Source of the DNA: an uncultured Poribacteria bacterium
GTDB lineage: Bacteria; Poribacteria; WGA-4E; WGA-3G
Length of the DNA stretch: 64,000 nucleotides
Assembly (NCBI GenBank): GCA_958296135.2
Contig: CATQHZ020000001.1
Coordinates: 1,888,001-1,952,000, forward strand
Reading direction: 5' to 3'
Shown here: one piece after another, positions 37,554-46,200 of the stretch
Position numbering within the stretch: the stretch's first letter is position 1
Layout of the letters: every line of letters starts with the position of its first letter
Translations under genes and position numbers: made by a program
Notes under the pieces: model-generated
Databases searched by the model: none
Told to the model about the DNA's origin: nothing
The model's input: the letters and a program-made list of their open reading frames with translations, nothing else

Positions 37554-40055
37554 ATGCGTCGATTCTTCAATGCCATTTTTCAAGGCTTGCTTGCGCTGTT
37601 TTTCAGTGCCTGCATCCTTGTGTTTATCGTCATTTTCGTCGGCATCGGATTTGGATGCGGCGTGATGCTGGCCTGCTGGCAAGATATGTCCAACCTCGAT
37701 CTGGTGCGGCTAGAATACAAGTCAGATAAGAAGACATGGCGGCAACACTTGGAAGTCTACTCCTCTGTCTGCGAAGTCCAGGAAGCGGATAACGTCGATT
37801 TCCTCATAGATAAATTGGAACGCTTGGAATACGAGCAGGTCGGCGAGATAATCCCCAGATTGAGCTCGCCGGGGGAATACTCGACCAAGTTGAACGCGGA
37901 AAAGAGCGGCACGGTCCGCATCCATCTGCGCGAGTTTGAATACCCGCGCCTTACCCCGGAAGTGGGGCAGGTTCAAGTCTCGGTGAAAACGGGCAAAATT
38001 GTCGGCATCCGCAATTCAGAGGGCTCCCCACGCCAGCATTTTTATCTTGAACCGGAACTGATAGACGAATTTTCCGATGAAGAAGGCGCGACCCGCCGCC
38101 TTATCCCTCTGATAGAAATGCCGGAGAGACTCTATGGTGCCTTCATCGCTATTGAAGACCGGCGGTTTTACAACCACTGGGGGATTGACATCATACGCCT
38201 CAGCGGTGCTGCCAGCAGATGGCTCTTGATGGGAAGACGCTTGAGTGGCACAAGCACCCTGACGCAGCAACTTGCACGAAATATCTACTTGGGACGTGAG
38301 CGCGAACTTATCCGTAAAACGCGAGAAATGTTACTCGCCGTGCGCATTGAGAAAATGTTCTCCAAAGATGAGATTTTAGAGCGGTATCTCAACTACGTTG
38401 ACTTGGGTAGGTATCGTGGGAAAACGTTCCACGGCGTTCAACGGGCCGCCATGGGCTATTTTGGAAAAGAGGTTTCGGAACTGGCCTTCCACGAATGCGC
38501 CGTGCTGGCGGCACTGCCGAAGGGCCCCAGCGATTATTCCCCAATTTACAGCCCGCAAAAATCCAAACAGCGGCGCGATACGGTGTTGCAAGCAATGCTA
38601 AACGAGGCGTTTATCACCGATTCCGAATACCTCGCGAGCATCAACGCGCCACTCATACAACAGAATCCGCACAACAGCAGTTCCAAAAAGACATGGAAGG
38701 AAGCAGGACACTTCCTCGCTTACGTGCATCAAGAACTCATCAAACTCGCCGACAGCATTCATCTCCCGGATACGGGAGATAGATACCTTTATCTGAAAGA
38801 TGAATTGTATAGCGGCGGGTTGAAAGTCTACACCACTATAGATATGTCCATGCAAGCTGTCGCCGAAAAAGCCGTGGCAGACCATCTCCGGTATATGGAT
38901 GGAAAGTGGAGCCGCCTTCCGAATTACGATGTAAATAAGAGGAACCCGAACGGCCTCAACCCGATCAAGGATTACCTGCAATCGGCACTCATTGCGTTTG
39001 AACCGAAAACAGGGCACGTGAAAGCGATGGTGGGAGGCCGCGATTATAACATCTTTGGGAAGAAGATTAACTTCTACAATCGTGCCATCGGCACTGCTAA
39101 ACGGCAACCCGGTTCCGCCTTTAAACCGATCGTCTTTGCCTCTCAGCTGGCGGGACCTAACCCTATCTTAACACCCGGAACGCCGATAATTGATGAACGG
39201 TGGGGAATTGTCCCCGCACCTGGGCAGTCTACGTGGTATCCTCGTAACTACAGCAAGACGTTTAAAGGCGCGGTCAACTTGCGAGAGATTCTCACTGCTT
39301 CAATTAACATTCCAACGGCGCGAACTGTGCTGGAAACACCGATTGGCAAAAACGGCATCTGGGAGGGGATTAACCGCATCGTCTCACTGGCCAAAAAGAT
39401 GGGGATTCAGAGTTATCTGGACCCGAAACCCGCGCTCACCTTAGGTTCATCGGGGATGACGGTGCTTGAGCTGACCTCGGCGTACGGCATCTTCGCGAAC
39501 AGCGGCATTAAGACGGAGCCTGTTCACATCCAATATATAGTCAACTCGGACGGGAATCTTATCTATCCGCCGAAGGGGCATCAAGTGGAACGCCCCCGCG
39601 CCTTAGATGAAGGCGTTGCGTATCAGATCACTTCCTGCTTGCAGAGTGTGATGACGAATGGGACAGGTAGGCGCGCAGGAAACATGGGACTTACTCGGCC
39701 ATCAGCCGGCAAGACAGGCACGACGAATGATTACGTAGACGCGTGGTTCGTCGGTTATACGACAGATATGGTTGTCGGAGTCTGGGTGGGATTCGATGAA
39801 CCGATAAAACTGAATCGGCATAACTACAACCAGCAAGGTGCTTGGGCGGCACTGCCTATCTGGGCCCGCTTCATGATTGACGCGTCCCGGGGCCCCGAAA
39901 AGGAATTCTCTGTGCCGGATAACATCGTCTTCCGAGAGGTGGACAAAGTTACCGGAGGCTTGCGGCGCGTCGGCAAGTGCCCAGAGAAAAATATCAGTAA
40001 CGAACCGTTTATCAGGGGACAGGAGCCGCAGCATCTTTGTCCAAAGCACCGGTAG
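37554..40055 (+). CDS. Class A penicillin-binding protein (PBP1a/1b-type)
   Basis: EDRRFYNH and [10 protein letters not shown] transglycosylase motifs; SAFK, SIN, KTG transpeptidase motifs. Confidence 0.9.
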   Translation: MRRFFNAIFQGLLALFFSACILVFIVIFVGIGFGCGVMLACWQDMSNLDLVRLEYKSDKKTWRQHLEVYSSVCEVQEADNVDFLIDKLERLEYEQVGEIIPRLSSPGEYSTKLNAEKSGTVRIHLREFEYPRLTPEVGQVQVSVKTGKIVGIRNSEGSPRQHFYLEPELIDEFSDEEGATRRLIPLIEMPERLYGAFIAIEDRRFYNHWGIDIIRLSGAASRWLLMGRRLSGTSTLTQQLARNIYLGRERELIRKTREMLLAVRIEKMFSKDEILERYLNYVDLGRYRGKTFHGVQRAAMGYFGKEVSELAFHECAVLAALPKGPSDYSPIYSPQKSKQRRDTVLQAMLNEAFITDSEYLASINAPLIQQNPHNSSSKKTWKEAGHFLAYVHQELIKLADSIHLPDTGDRYLYLKDELYSGGLKVYTTIDMSMQAVAEKAVADHLRYMDGKWSRLPNYDVNKRNPNGLNPIKDYLQSALIAFEPKTGHVKAMVGGRDYNIFGKKINFYNRAIGTAKRQPGSAFKPIVFASQLAGPNPILTPGTPIIDERWGIVPAPGQSTWYPRNYSKTFKGAVNLREILTASINIPTARTVLETPIGKNGIWEGINRIVSLAKKMGIQSYLDPKPALTLGSSGMTVLELTSAYGIFANSGIKTEPVHIQYIVNSDGNLIYPPKGHQVERPRALDEGVAYQITSCLQSVMTNGTGRRAGNMGLTRPSAGKTGTTNDYVDAWFVGYTTDMVVGVWVGFDEPIKLNRHNYNQQGAWAALPIWARFMIDASRGPEKEFSVPDNIVFREVDKVTGGLRRVGKCPEKNISNEPFIRGQEPQHLCPKHR

Positions 40056-40137
40056 GTGCGAACTCCTGCTCGCAATATATCTTACCCAAATGCCGGCGGG
40101 TAAGCTCGCCGTGCTCAGGTTTAAACAAGGAAATCGC

Positions 40138-40587
40138 ATGAGAGCCGTTATTCAACGCGTCACATCTGCCAGTGTCACGGTAGCGGGTGAGCTTGTCTCT
40201 GAAATCGGAGAGGGGTTGCTCATCTTCCTCGGCATTGCCCATGACGATACTGAAGCCGAGTTGGACTATATCGCGAACAAGGTTATCAACCTGCGCATCT
40301 TTGAAGACAGCGAAGGCCGGATGAACCGTTCGCTTTTAGAGACAGGTGGTGCCGCGCTAGTGGTGTCACAATTTACGCTATACGGCGATTGCCGGAAGGG
40401 GCGGCGGCCGAGTTTTATCAATGCCGCGCGCCCGGAACAGGCGAAGGCATTGTATGAGCAGTTCATTGATGTTCTTGCATCGCGGCACATCCCGACACAA
40501 GGCGGCACCTTCCAAGCGATGATGGATGTGCAATTGGTGAATGATGGGCCTGTCACGATTTTGCTGGATAGTCGTAAGCAATTTTGA
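40138..40587 (+). CDS. dtd: D-aminoacyl-tRNA deacylase
   Basis: [20 protein letters not shown]. Confidence 0.95.
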   Translation: MRAVIQRVTSASVTVAGELVSEIGEGLLIFLGIAHDDTEAELDYIANKVINLRIFEDSEGRMNRSLLETGGAALVVSQFTLYGDCRKGRRPSFINAARPEQAKALYEQFIDVLASRHIPTQGGTFQAMMDVQLVNDGPVTILLDSRKQF

Positions 40588-40687
40588 AAAGGCTTGACAT
40601 TTGTCAGAAAATAGGGCTCGGTGCAGTGGCGAGAACTCTATGAGAATCTAGCAGAACCTACCCTAATCTATCGATGTGCATTTTGAC

Positions 40688-40716
40688 TTGCATTCCGCTT
40701 GATTTTGTGGTATAAT
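40688..40716 (+). promoter_or_regulatory. sigma70 promoter inside element 1
   Basis: TTGCAT-17 nt-TATAAT with extended -10 TG. Confidence 0.75.
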
Positions 40717-40818
40717 ATAGTTACCGTTGTGGGCGAGACATCCAAGCACGGCTTCCCGCCGTGTCTCTCGCCCAACCTACCTTGGATGGAGGTTAACCAA
40801 CGGCGAACGGTGATGCCT

Positions 40819-41932
40819 ATGAGATTGAAAACGCATTTAATGGTGTTGGACCCGAATAATAAGCAGGCGACGCTGCTTGCAAAGCACTGCGGCTATGCCC
40901 GCGTAGCCCGTAACCATGCGCTCTCGGAATTCAAGGCAGGACTCGACCGCGATGAATTCCTATCCGATAGGGACTTGCGCAAAAGATTCAACGCCGTGAA
41001 AGACGAACGCTACCCGTGGTGCCGCGAGCTCAGTCAAAATGCATCGAAGAATGGGATTTGCACTCTCGGTGATGCAGTGAAACGCTGGGTCTCTAAACAG
41101 AACCGCTTCCCGCGCTATAAGCACCGATCTGGTAGGATTTCCTACCAAGCTGACAACGGCGCAGGCACGGTGAAGGTGGAGAAAAAGCGTGTGAACCTTC
41201 CGAAGATTGGCTGGGTTCGCCTGCGTGAGAAGTTGCGTTGGCATGGCGAGATTCGGCGGTGTGTCGTCTCAAAACGTGCGGGCAGGTGGTTTCTATCGGT
41301 TCTCGTGAAGGTGGTTTCCGACAGTGCGCCACGTGTGCGTTCTCCGCGCGGTCCTGTGCGTGTGGTTGGTGTTGATGTTGGCATCAAGACACTTGCCGTG
41401 ACATCCGATGGTGTTGAGTTTGAAAACCCGAAGGCACTTTACCGCTATCTGCGGAAGTTGCGGCGTGCGCAGCGTCAATTATCTCGTTCGGTTTACCGAA
41501 GCAGGAATTGGTATCGGAAGCAGTTCCGCGTGCAGAAGAGTCACTATCGTATCTGCTGTCTCCGTGAGGATGCACATCATAAGGAAAACCAGCACGGCGA
41601 TTGTAAAGTCGGCTGACGTTCTCGGCATCGAGCGTCTACGCGTGGCAGGCTTGTTAAAAAACCGCCGTCTTGCAAAGGCGTTGAGCGATGCGTCATTAAG
41701 TAGTTTCCTGACGATGCTTCGGTATAAAGCAGCGGCACACGGCGTTGAGATTATCGAGGCACCGTCGAACTTCCCATCGTCGAAGACGTGCAGTGCTTGC
41801 GGGAATAAGAAGACGAAGTTGTCCCTCTCGGAGCGGACATATCACTGCGAGGCATGTGGCGTGGGTATCGACCGCGACTGGAATGCCGCGCATAATTTAA
41901 GAACCCTCGCCGCGAGCTTGACGGAGAGGTAA
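40819..41932 (+). pseudogene. tnpB: RNA-guided nuclease TnpB, frameshifted at about 41581-41587
   Basis: HTH, GVDVG in frame 1; GIERL, Zn finger and DRDWNAA in frame 2; 4 extra nt relative to the second tnpB copy (DAHHK-ASTAIVK). Confidence 0.85.
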
Positions 41933-42081
41933 AACGGCTGCGGAGCGACTATAAGCCCTCATAGTAGGCACACCTCGTGTGTCTCGGAGGCACGCCGCAT
42001 TGAAACAGCAACTACGACAGATAAGAGGACAGGTTAGATTAGAATAGATTTGTCCAGATTATCATAAGTTCTAGGGAGCGG
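41901..42081 (+). ncRNA. Putative TnpB omega/reRNA scaffold (element 1)
   Basis: Sequence shared with 44306-44493 (GAACCCTCGCCGC..TTGACGGAGAGG, AAACG.CTG.GGAG, GAA.CAG.AA); GCTG/CAGC versus CCTG/CAGG covariation. Confidence 0.6.
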
Positions 42082-42088
42082 TAGACTA

Positions 42089-42952
42089 ATGAAACGTTGG
42101 ATCGACACCATAAAACAAGGCGACTGCATTCAGTTGATGGCGGAAATGCCGGAGGAATGCATCGACCTGCTCATCACGGATCCGCCGTTCGCCATTGATT
42201 TCAAAGCGATTCGACATAACTACAACCGAAAAGGAGAACGTGTTCTTCAAGGTTACAACGAAATTGAAGGTAACGATTACCTCGCGTTCACGCTTGAGTG
42301 GCTCTCACAAGCGACGAGGGTGCTTAAGGATTCTGGTAGCATGTATATCTTCTCCGGATGGAATCATCTGAAAGAACTGCTGATCGCCATCGATTTTTGC
42401 GAGCTGACAACCGTTAACCATCTGATTTGGAAATATCAGTTCGGTGTGGTAACACGGCGAAAATACGTCACGTCGCATTACCACTGTCTTTTTGTTTGCA
42501 AAGAGGACAGGAAGCGGCAGTTCCATCCCTTTTCCCGTTTTGATCAGGATGCCAAAACCGAAACCGGCGGTTCGGCACACTACAGAGACAAAGAGGATGT
42601 TTGGGAAATCAAGAGAGAATATTGGCAGGGCGCGGTGAAAACGCCGACAAAACTGCCCGCCGAGCTCATTGAGAAAATCCTCGATTATTCCAGCGAGAAA
42701 GGCGATGTGGTTTTGGATCCGTTTTTAGGTTCGGGCCAGGTTGCTGTCGTCAGCAAAATGAAAGGACGACATTACGTCGGATTTGAGATTGTGCCGGCGT
42801 ATTATGAATTCGCACGAGATAGACTCAAATCCGGAAAATATCTAATTCAGCACGCAGAAAAAGAGGCAGAGGGGCTAGCACTGTTCAACAAGGAGGACGT
42901 TCCTAGCTTCCGAAAATCGAGACACATCGTGATAAAAGCGGATTTATCGTGA
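42089..42952 (+). CDS. Orphan beta-class N4-C/N6-A DNA methyltransferase
   Basis: GDC, catalytic TDPPF preceding SAM-binding DPFLGSG; no adjacent nuclease gene. Confidence 0.9.
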   Translation: MKRWIDTIKQGDCIQLMAEMPEECIDLLITDPPFAIDFKAIRHNYNRKGERVLQGYNEIEGNDYLAFTLEWLSQATRVLKDSGSMYIFSGWNHLKELLIAIDFCELTTVNHLIWKYQFGVVTRRKYVTSHYHCLFVCKEDRKRQFHPFSRFDQDAKTETGGSAHYRDKEDVWEIKREYWQGAVKTPTKLPAELIEKILDYSSEKGDVVLDPFLGSGQVAVVSKMKGRHYVGFEIVPAYYEFARDRLKSGKYLIQHAEKEAEGLALFNKEDVPSFRKSRHIVIKADLS

Positions 42953-43005
42953 TAAACGCCAACATAAGTGCTATACGAAGTGTTACCGTGTTGGGCTCGG
43001 TCGAG

Positions 43006-43095
43006 CGTGCAGTGTTATTCGGGAGACCGAATAACACCTCTTCGGCTCAGCAGATCGTGCAGTGTTTTTTGTAATAACAAAAAACACATCTTCGG
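43006..43095. repeat. Two 40-nt hairpin units at 50-bp period
   Basis: CGTGCA-GTGTTATTCGG-GAGA-CCGAATAACAC-CTCTTCGG and CGTGCA-GTGTTTTTTGT-AATA-ACAAAAAACAC-ATCTTCGG. Confidence 0.85.
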
Positions 43096-43246
43096 AAACC
43101 GGTTTGGAAACCTTTGCAAACCTGCCTACACGAGCTGCAGCAGCGTGTATTCACGCTCGCCTACACGCCCGCCCGCCAATGATATCACCGCCAGCGCATT
43201 GCCCACCCTAGTGATATAGGCGAAACACGGCACACGGGAACACCTC

Positions 43247-44326
43247 ATGAAAACGCACAATATTGCACTGCGCCCGACAGCGGCACAGGTTACCCAATTC
43301 CATCAGCACGCGGGCTATCGCCGATTTGTCTATAACTATGCTCTGTCCGATTTCAAAGCGGGCTTAGCCGAAGGCGAATGGCGAAACGGCCGCACGTTGC
43401 GAACTCGGTTTAATGCCGTGAAGGACACGCAGTTTGAATGGCAGCAACCGCTCATCGCCCGCGTAGCATCACATGCCTTCGATGATTTTAACACGGCGTG
43501 TCAACGGTGGAAAAACAAAATCGCCAAGTTCCCGAAGTATAAGCGGAAGTCGGGTAAACAATCGTTTCGCGTCGACAATAAACGCAATGCGATAAAATGT
43601 GAAGGTAAACGGCTTTACCTGCCAAAGATAGGTTGGGTGCGGACGTTTGAAGCGTTGCGGTTCAAAGGCGACGTGATGCGCGTAGTGATTAAGAAGCGAG
43701 GACATCGTTGGTTTGCATCGGTGCTCGTCGAAACCACGCCCCGAGCCAAACCCGATTTACGCGGGTTGCCTCCCGTGGGTATCGATGTCGGTATCAACAC
43801 CCTCGCCACTTGCTCTGATGGACGCACCTTTGGAAACCCACGCGCCTTGGCCCATTATCAACGTCAACTCCGCCGTGCGCAACGCGCCCTAAGTCGTTCA
43901 GTCTATCGCAGTCAGAATTGGTGGAAGAAGAAGGAACGTGTTGTCCGTATCCACTATCGTATCGCTTGCATCCGCGAAGACGCGCATCACAAGGCCAGCA
44001 CGGCGATTGTGAAAGGTGTCTCAGCAATCGGGATAGAATCTCTGAACGTGAAAGGCATGATGAAAAACCGTCGTCTTGCGAAGGCATTGTCGGACGCGGC
44101 ACTCGGGGGATTTCTCTCCAAGTTGAAGACGAAAGCACAGGCACTTGGCGTGCATATTGAGGAAGCCTCTCAGTGGTTCGCTTCCTCGAAGACGTGCAGT
44201 GCATGCGGACATAAAAAGGATACCCTCACGTTATCGGAACGTGACTATCACTGCAGCGACTGTGGATTGCGGATAGACCGCGATTTGAACGCTGCAAGGA
44301 ATTTGGAACCCTCGCCGCTGGTTTGA
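43247..44326 (+). CDS. tnpB: RNA-guided endonuclease TnpB
   Basis: RuvC D-E-D motifs GIDVG, GIESL, DRDLNAA; CSACG..CSDCG zinc finger. Confidence 0.95.
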   Translation: MKTHNIALRPTAAQVTQFHQHAGYRRFVYNYALSDFKAGLAEGEWRNGRTLRTRFNAVKDTQFEWQQPLIARVASHAFDDFNTACQRWKNKIAKFPKYKRKSGKQSFRVDNKRNAIKCEGKRLYLPKIGWVRTFEALRFKGDVMRVVIKKRGHRWFASVLVETTPRAKPDLRGLPPVGIDVGINTLATCSDGRTFGNPRALAHYQRQLRRAQRALSRSVYRSQNWWKKKERVVRIHYRIACIREDAHHKASTAIVKGVSAIGIESLNVKGMMKNRRLAKALSDAALGGFLSKLKTKAQALGVHIEEASQWFASSKTCSACGHKKDTLTLSERDYHCSDCGLRIDRDLNAARNLEPSPLV

Positions 44327-44493
44327 CGGAGAGGAGTGGGTATTACCTCTCGTATCCGAGAGGTAATACCTTAAACGCCTGTGGAGCTCGTGTCAGACTT
44401 CGGTTGCGAAGCAGTGAGTGTTGAAGCAGGAACTTTAGAAATCGGACAGACTCATACGGACTTGTCCAGATATGTCTCGATTTCAGGGAACAG
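44306..44493 (+). ncRNA. Putative TnpB omega/reRNA scaffold (element 2)
   Basis: Homologous to 41901-42081, with an extra 14-bp hairpin. Confidence 0.6.
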
Positions 44494-44500
44494 ACACCCC

Positions 44501-46141
44501 ATGCATAACAGACCTCCGACTATCGGCGAATATCTCTTACGAAAACTGCATCACTACGACATTGAACACATCTTCGGGATCCCCGGCGATTATGTGCTGC
44601 GGTTCTATCACCTCATTGAGCAGGGCCCCATCCAGCACATCGGCATGACACGCGAAGACGCAGCCGGATACGCAGCCGATGCTTACGCACGCCTCAAAGG
44701 CATGGGTGCCGCTTGTGTCACCTACTGTGTCGGCGGACTGTCAATGGTGAACGCTATCGCGGGTGCCTACGCCGAAAAATCGCCTGTCGTCGTGATTAGC
44801 GGTGCACCCGGCATCAAAGAACGCGGTAAGGACGCACTGCTGCACCACAAAGTGCGCGACTTTCACACGCAACAGCGCATCTACGAGCAGATTACCGTCG
44901 CAACCGCACTGCTGGATGAACCATTCTCCGCCTTCAACGAGATCGACCGGGTGCTTGATGCAGTTTACCGATATAAACGGCCCGGCTACATTGAACTCCC
45001 CCGCGATATGGTGGACATCCACGGCTCTCTCCATCAACGTCCCTCAACAGGCGGACACCTCAGCGACCCGGCCGTTTTGGATGCCGCCGTTGAAGACGCG
45101 CTCGATTTCATCAACCATAGCAAAAATCCGGTGATTCTCGCCGGCGTGGAACTCCACCGATTCGGGTATCAAAACAAACTGCTCAGGTTGGTGGAAGAAA
45201 AGCGTATCCCCGTGGTGGCGACACTCCTCGGCAAATCGGTGATGCAGGAGGGACATCCGCTCTACCTTGGCGTTTATGAGGGCGCGATGGGAAGGGAAAA
45301 TGTCCGCCAATTCGTCGAGAACTCCGATTGCGTCATCATCCTCGGGGCCTTCATGACAGATGTGAACCTCGGCATTTACACAGCCAACCTTGAACGCGGG
45401 AAATCCATATACGCGACATCGGAAAAGATTGCCGTGCGCTATCACGCTTATGAAGAAGTCATGTTGGACGATTTTATTCACGGCCTCACCTCACCGAATC
45501 TTCGGAAACGGAAGAAACCGAACGTGGAATGGGCAAAGCAGCCCTCCGAATCTTTTGAGGTATCTGCAGACGCGCCGTTAAGCGTGGCACGTCTGTTCCA
45601 GCATCTCAACGAATTCATGAGCGAAGGGCTGACGGTTATCGCCGATGCAGGCGATAGTCTTTTCGGCGCGTTGGATTTGCGGATGCGCCAACGCAACGAT
45701 TTTATCAGTCCTGCTTATTACACTTCCATGGGGTTTGCTGTGCCAGCATCCGTCGGCGCGCAGCTGGGCAGGCCGGACACGCGGCCTATCGTTATCGTCG
45801 GCGATGGCGCGTTCCAAATGACCGGGACAGAACTCTCCACAACGGCGCGCTACGGGCTCAATCCGATTATCCTCGTCTTAAACAACCACGGTTACGGCAC
45901 GGAACGGCACCTCCACGAAGGCAGGTTTAACGACATTCGGGACTGGAACTATAGCCGACTGCCGGAGGTATTCGGTGCTGGGAGAGGCTACCATGTCCGC
46001 ACCGAGGGCGAATTTGACGCTGCCTTCAAAGCCGCACTCGCGGAGACTGAGCACTTTGTCCTAATCGAAGTGGAACTTGAAAAGTTAGACAAGTCACCGG
46101 CATTGGCACGGTTGGCAGAACGAATGTCTGATAAAATCTAA
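44501..46141 (+). CDS. TPP-dependent alpha-keto acid (indolepyruvate/pyruvate) decarboxylase family protein
   Basis: IFGIPGDY, YAADAYAR, LLHH, GDGAFQM...NN; start at ATG 44501. Confidence 0.9.
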   Translation: MHNRPPTIGEYLLRKLHHYDIEHIFGIPGDYVLRFYHLIEQGPIQHIGMTREDAAGYAADAYARLKGMGAACVTYCVGGLSMVNAIAGAYAEKSPVVVISGAPGIKERGKDALLHHKVRDFHTQQRIYEQITVATALLDEPFSAFNEIDRVLDAVYRYKRPGYIELPRDMVDIHGSLHQRPSTGGHLSDPAVLDAAVEDALDFINHSKNPVILAGVELHRFGYQNKLLRLVEEKRIPVVATLLGKSVMQEGHPLYLGVYEGAMGRENVRQFVENSDCVIILGAFMTDVNLGIYTANLERGKSIYATSEKIAVRYHAYEEVMLDDFIHGLTSPNLRKRKKPNVEWAKQPSESFEVSADAPLSVARLFQHLNEFMSEGLTVIADAGDSLFGALDLRMRQRNDFISPAYYTSMGFAVPASVGAQLGRPDTRPIVIVGDGAFQMTGTELSTTARYGLNPIILVLNNHGYGTERHLHEGRFNDIRDWNYSRLPEVFGAGRGYHVRTEGEFDAAFKAALAETEHFVLIEVELEKLDKSPALARLAERMSDKI

Positions 46142-46159
46142 GTTTTTTTAAGGCAAACG

Positions 46160-46190
46160 CGCTAGGCGCGCTTGCAAAGCGCGCCTAGCG
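46160..46190. repeat. REP-like hairpin between convergent genes (possible bidirectional terminator)
   Basis: CGCTAGGCGCGCTT-GCA-AAGCGCGCCTAGCG. Confidence 0.8.
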
Positions 46191-46200
46191 TCGTTCCAAC

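Larger units (their letters stand above)
40614..42081 (+). mobile_element. Non-autonomous IS607-like element carrying tnpB only (element 1); ends approximate
   Basis: tnpB plus imperfect inverted subterminal arrays with 10-bp periodicity (40632-40670 and 42035-42072), ending in GAGCGG; no tnpA. Confidence 0.7.
42993..44493 (+). mobile_element. Non-autonomous IS607-like element carrying tnpB only (element 2); ends approximate
   Basis: Intact tnpB; right end homologous to element 1 (TTGTCCAGAT...AGGGA) with 10-bp periodic motifs; GGGCTCGGT..TGCAGTG shared at the left. Confidence 0.65.

Noticed and set aside
41575-41595. Programmed ribosomal frameshift in tnpB1
   Set aside because: There is no canonical slippery heptamer, and a simple 4-nt insertion explains the difference from tnpB2
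40594-42088. Reconstructed pre-insertion promoter TTGACA-17 nt-TAGACT for the methyltransferase
   Set aside because: The -10 box would lie only 1 nt before the ATG, too close even for a leaderless transcript, and the element's left boundary is uncertain
40614-44493. IStron (group I intron-IS hybrid)
   Set aside because: The left regions are only about 200-250 nt with no recognisable group I core, and the elements are intergenic
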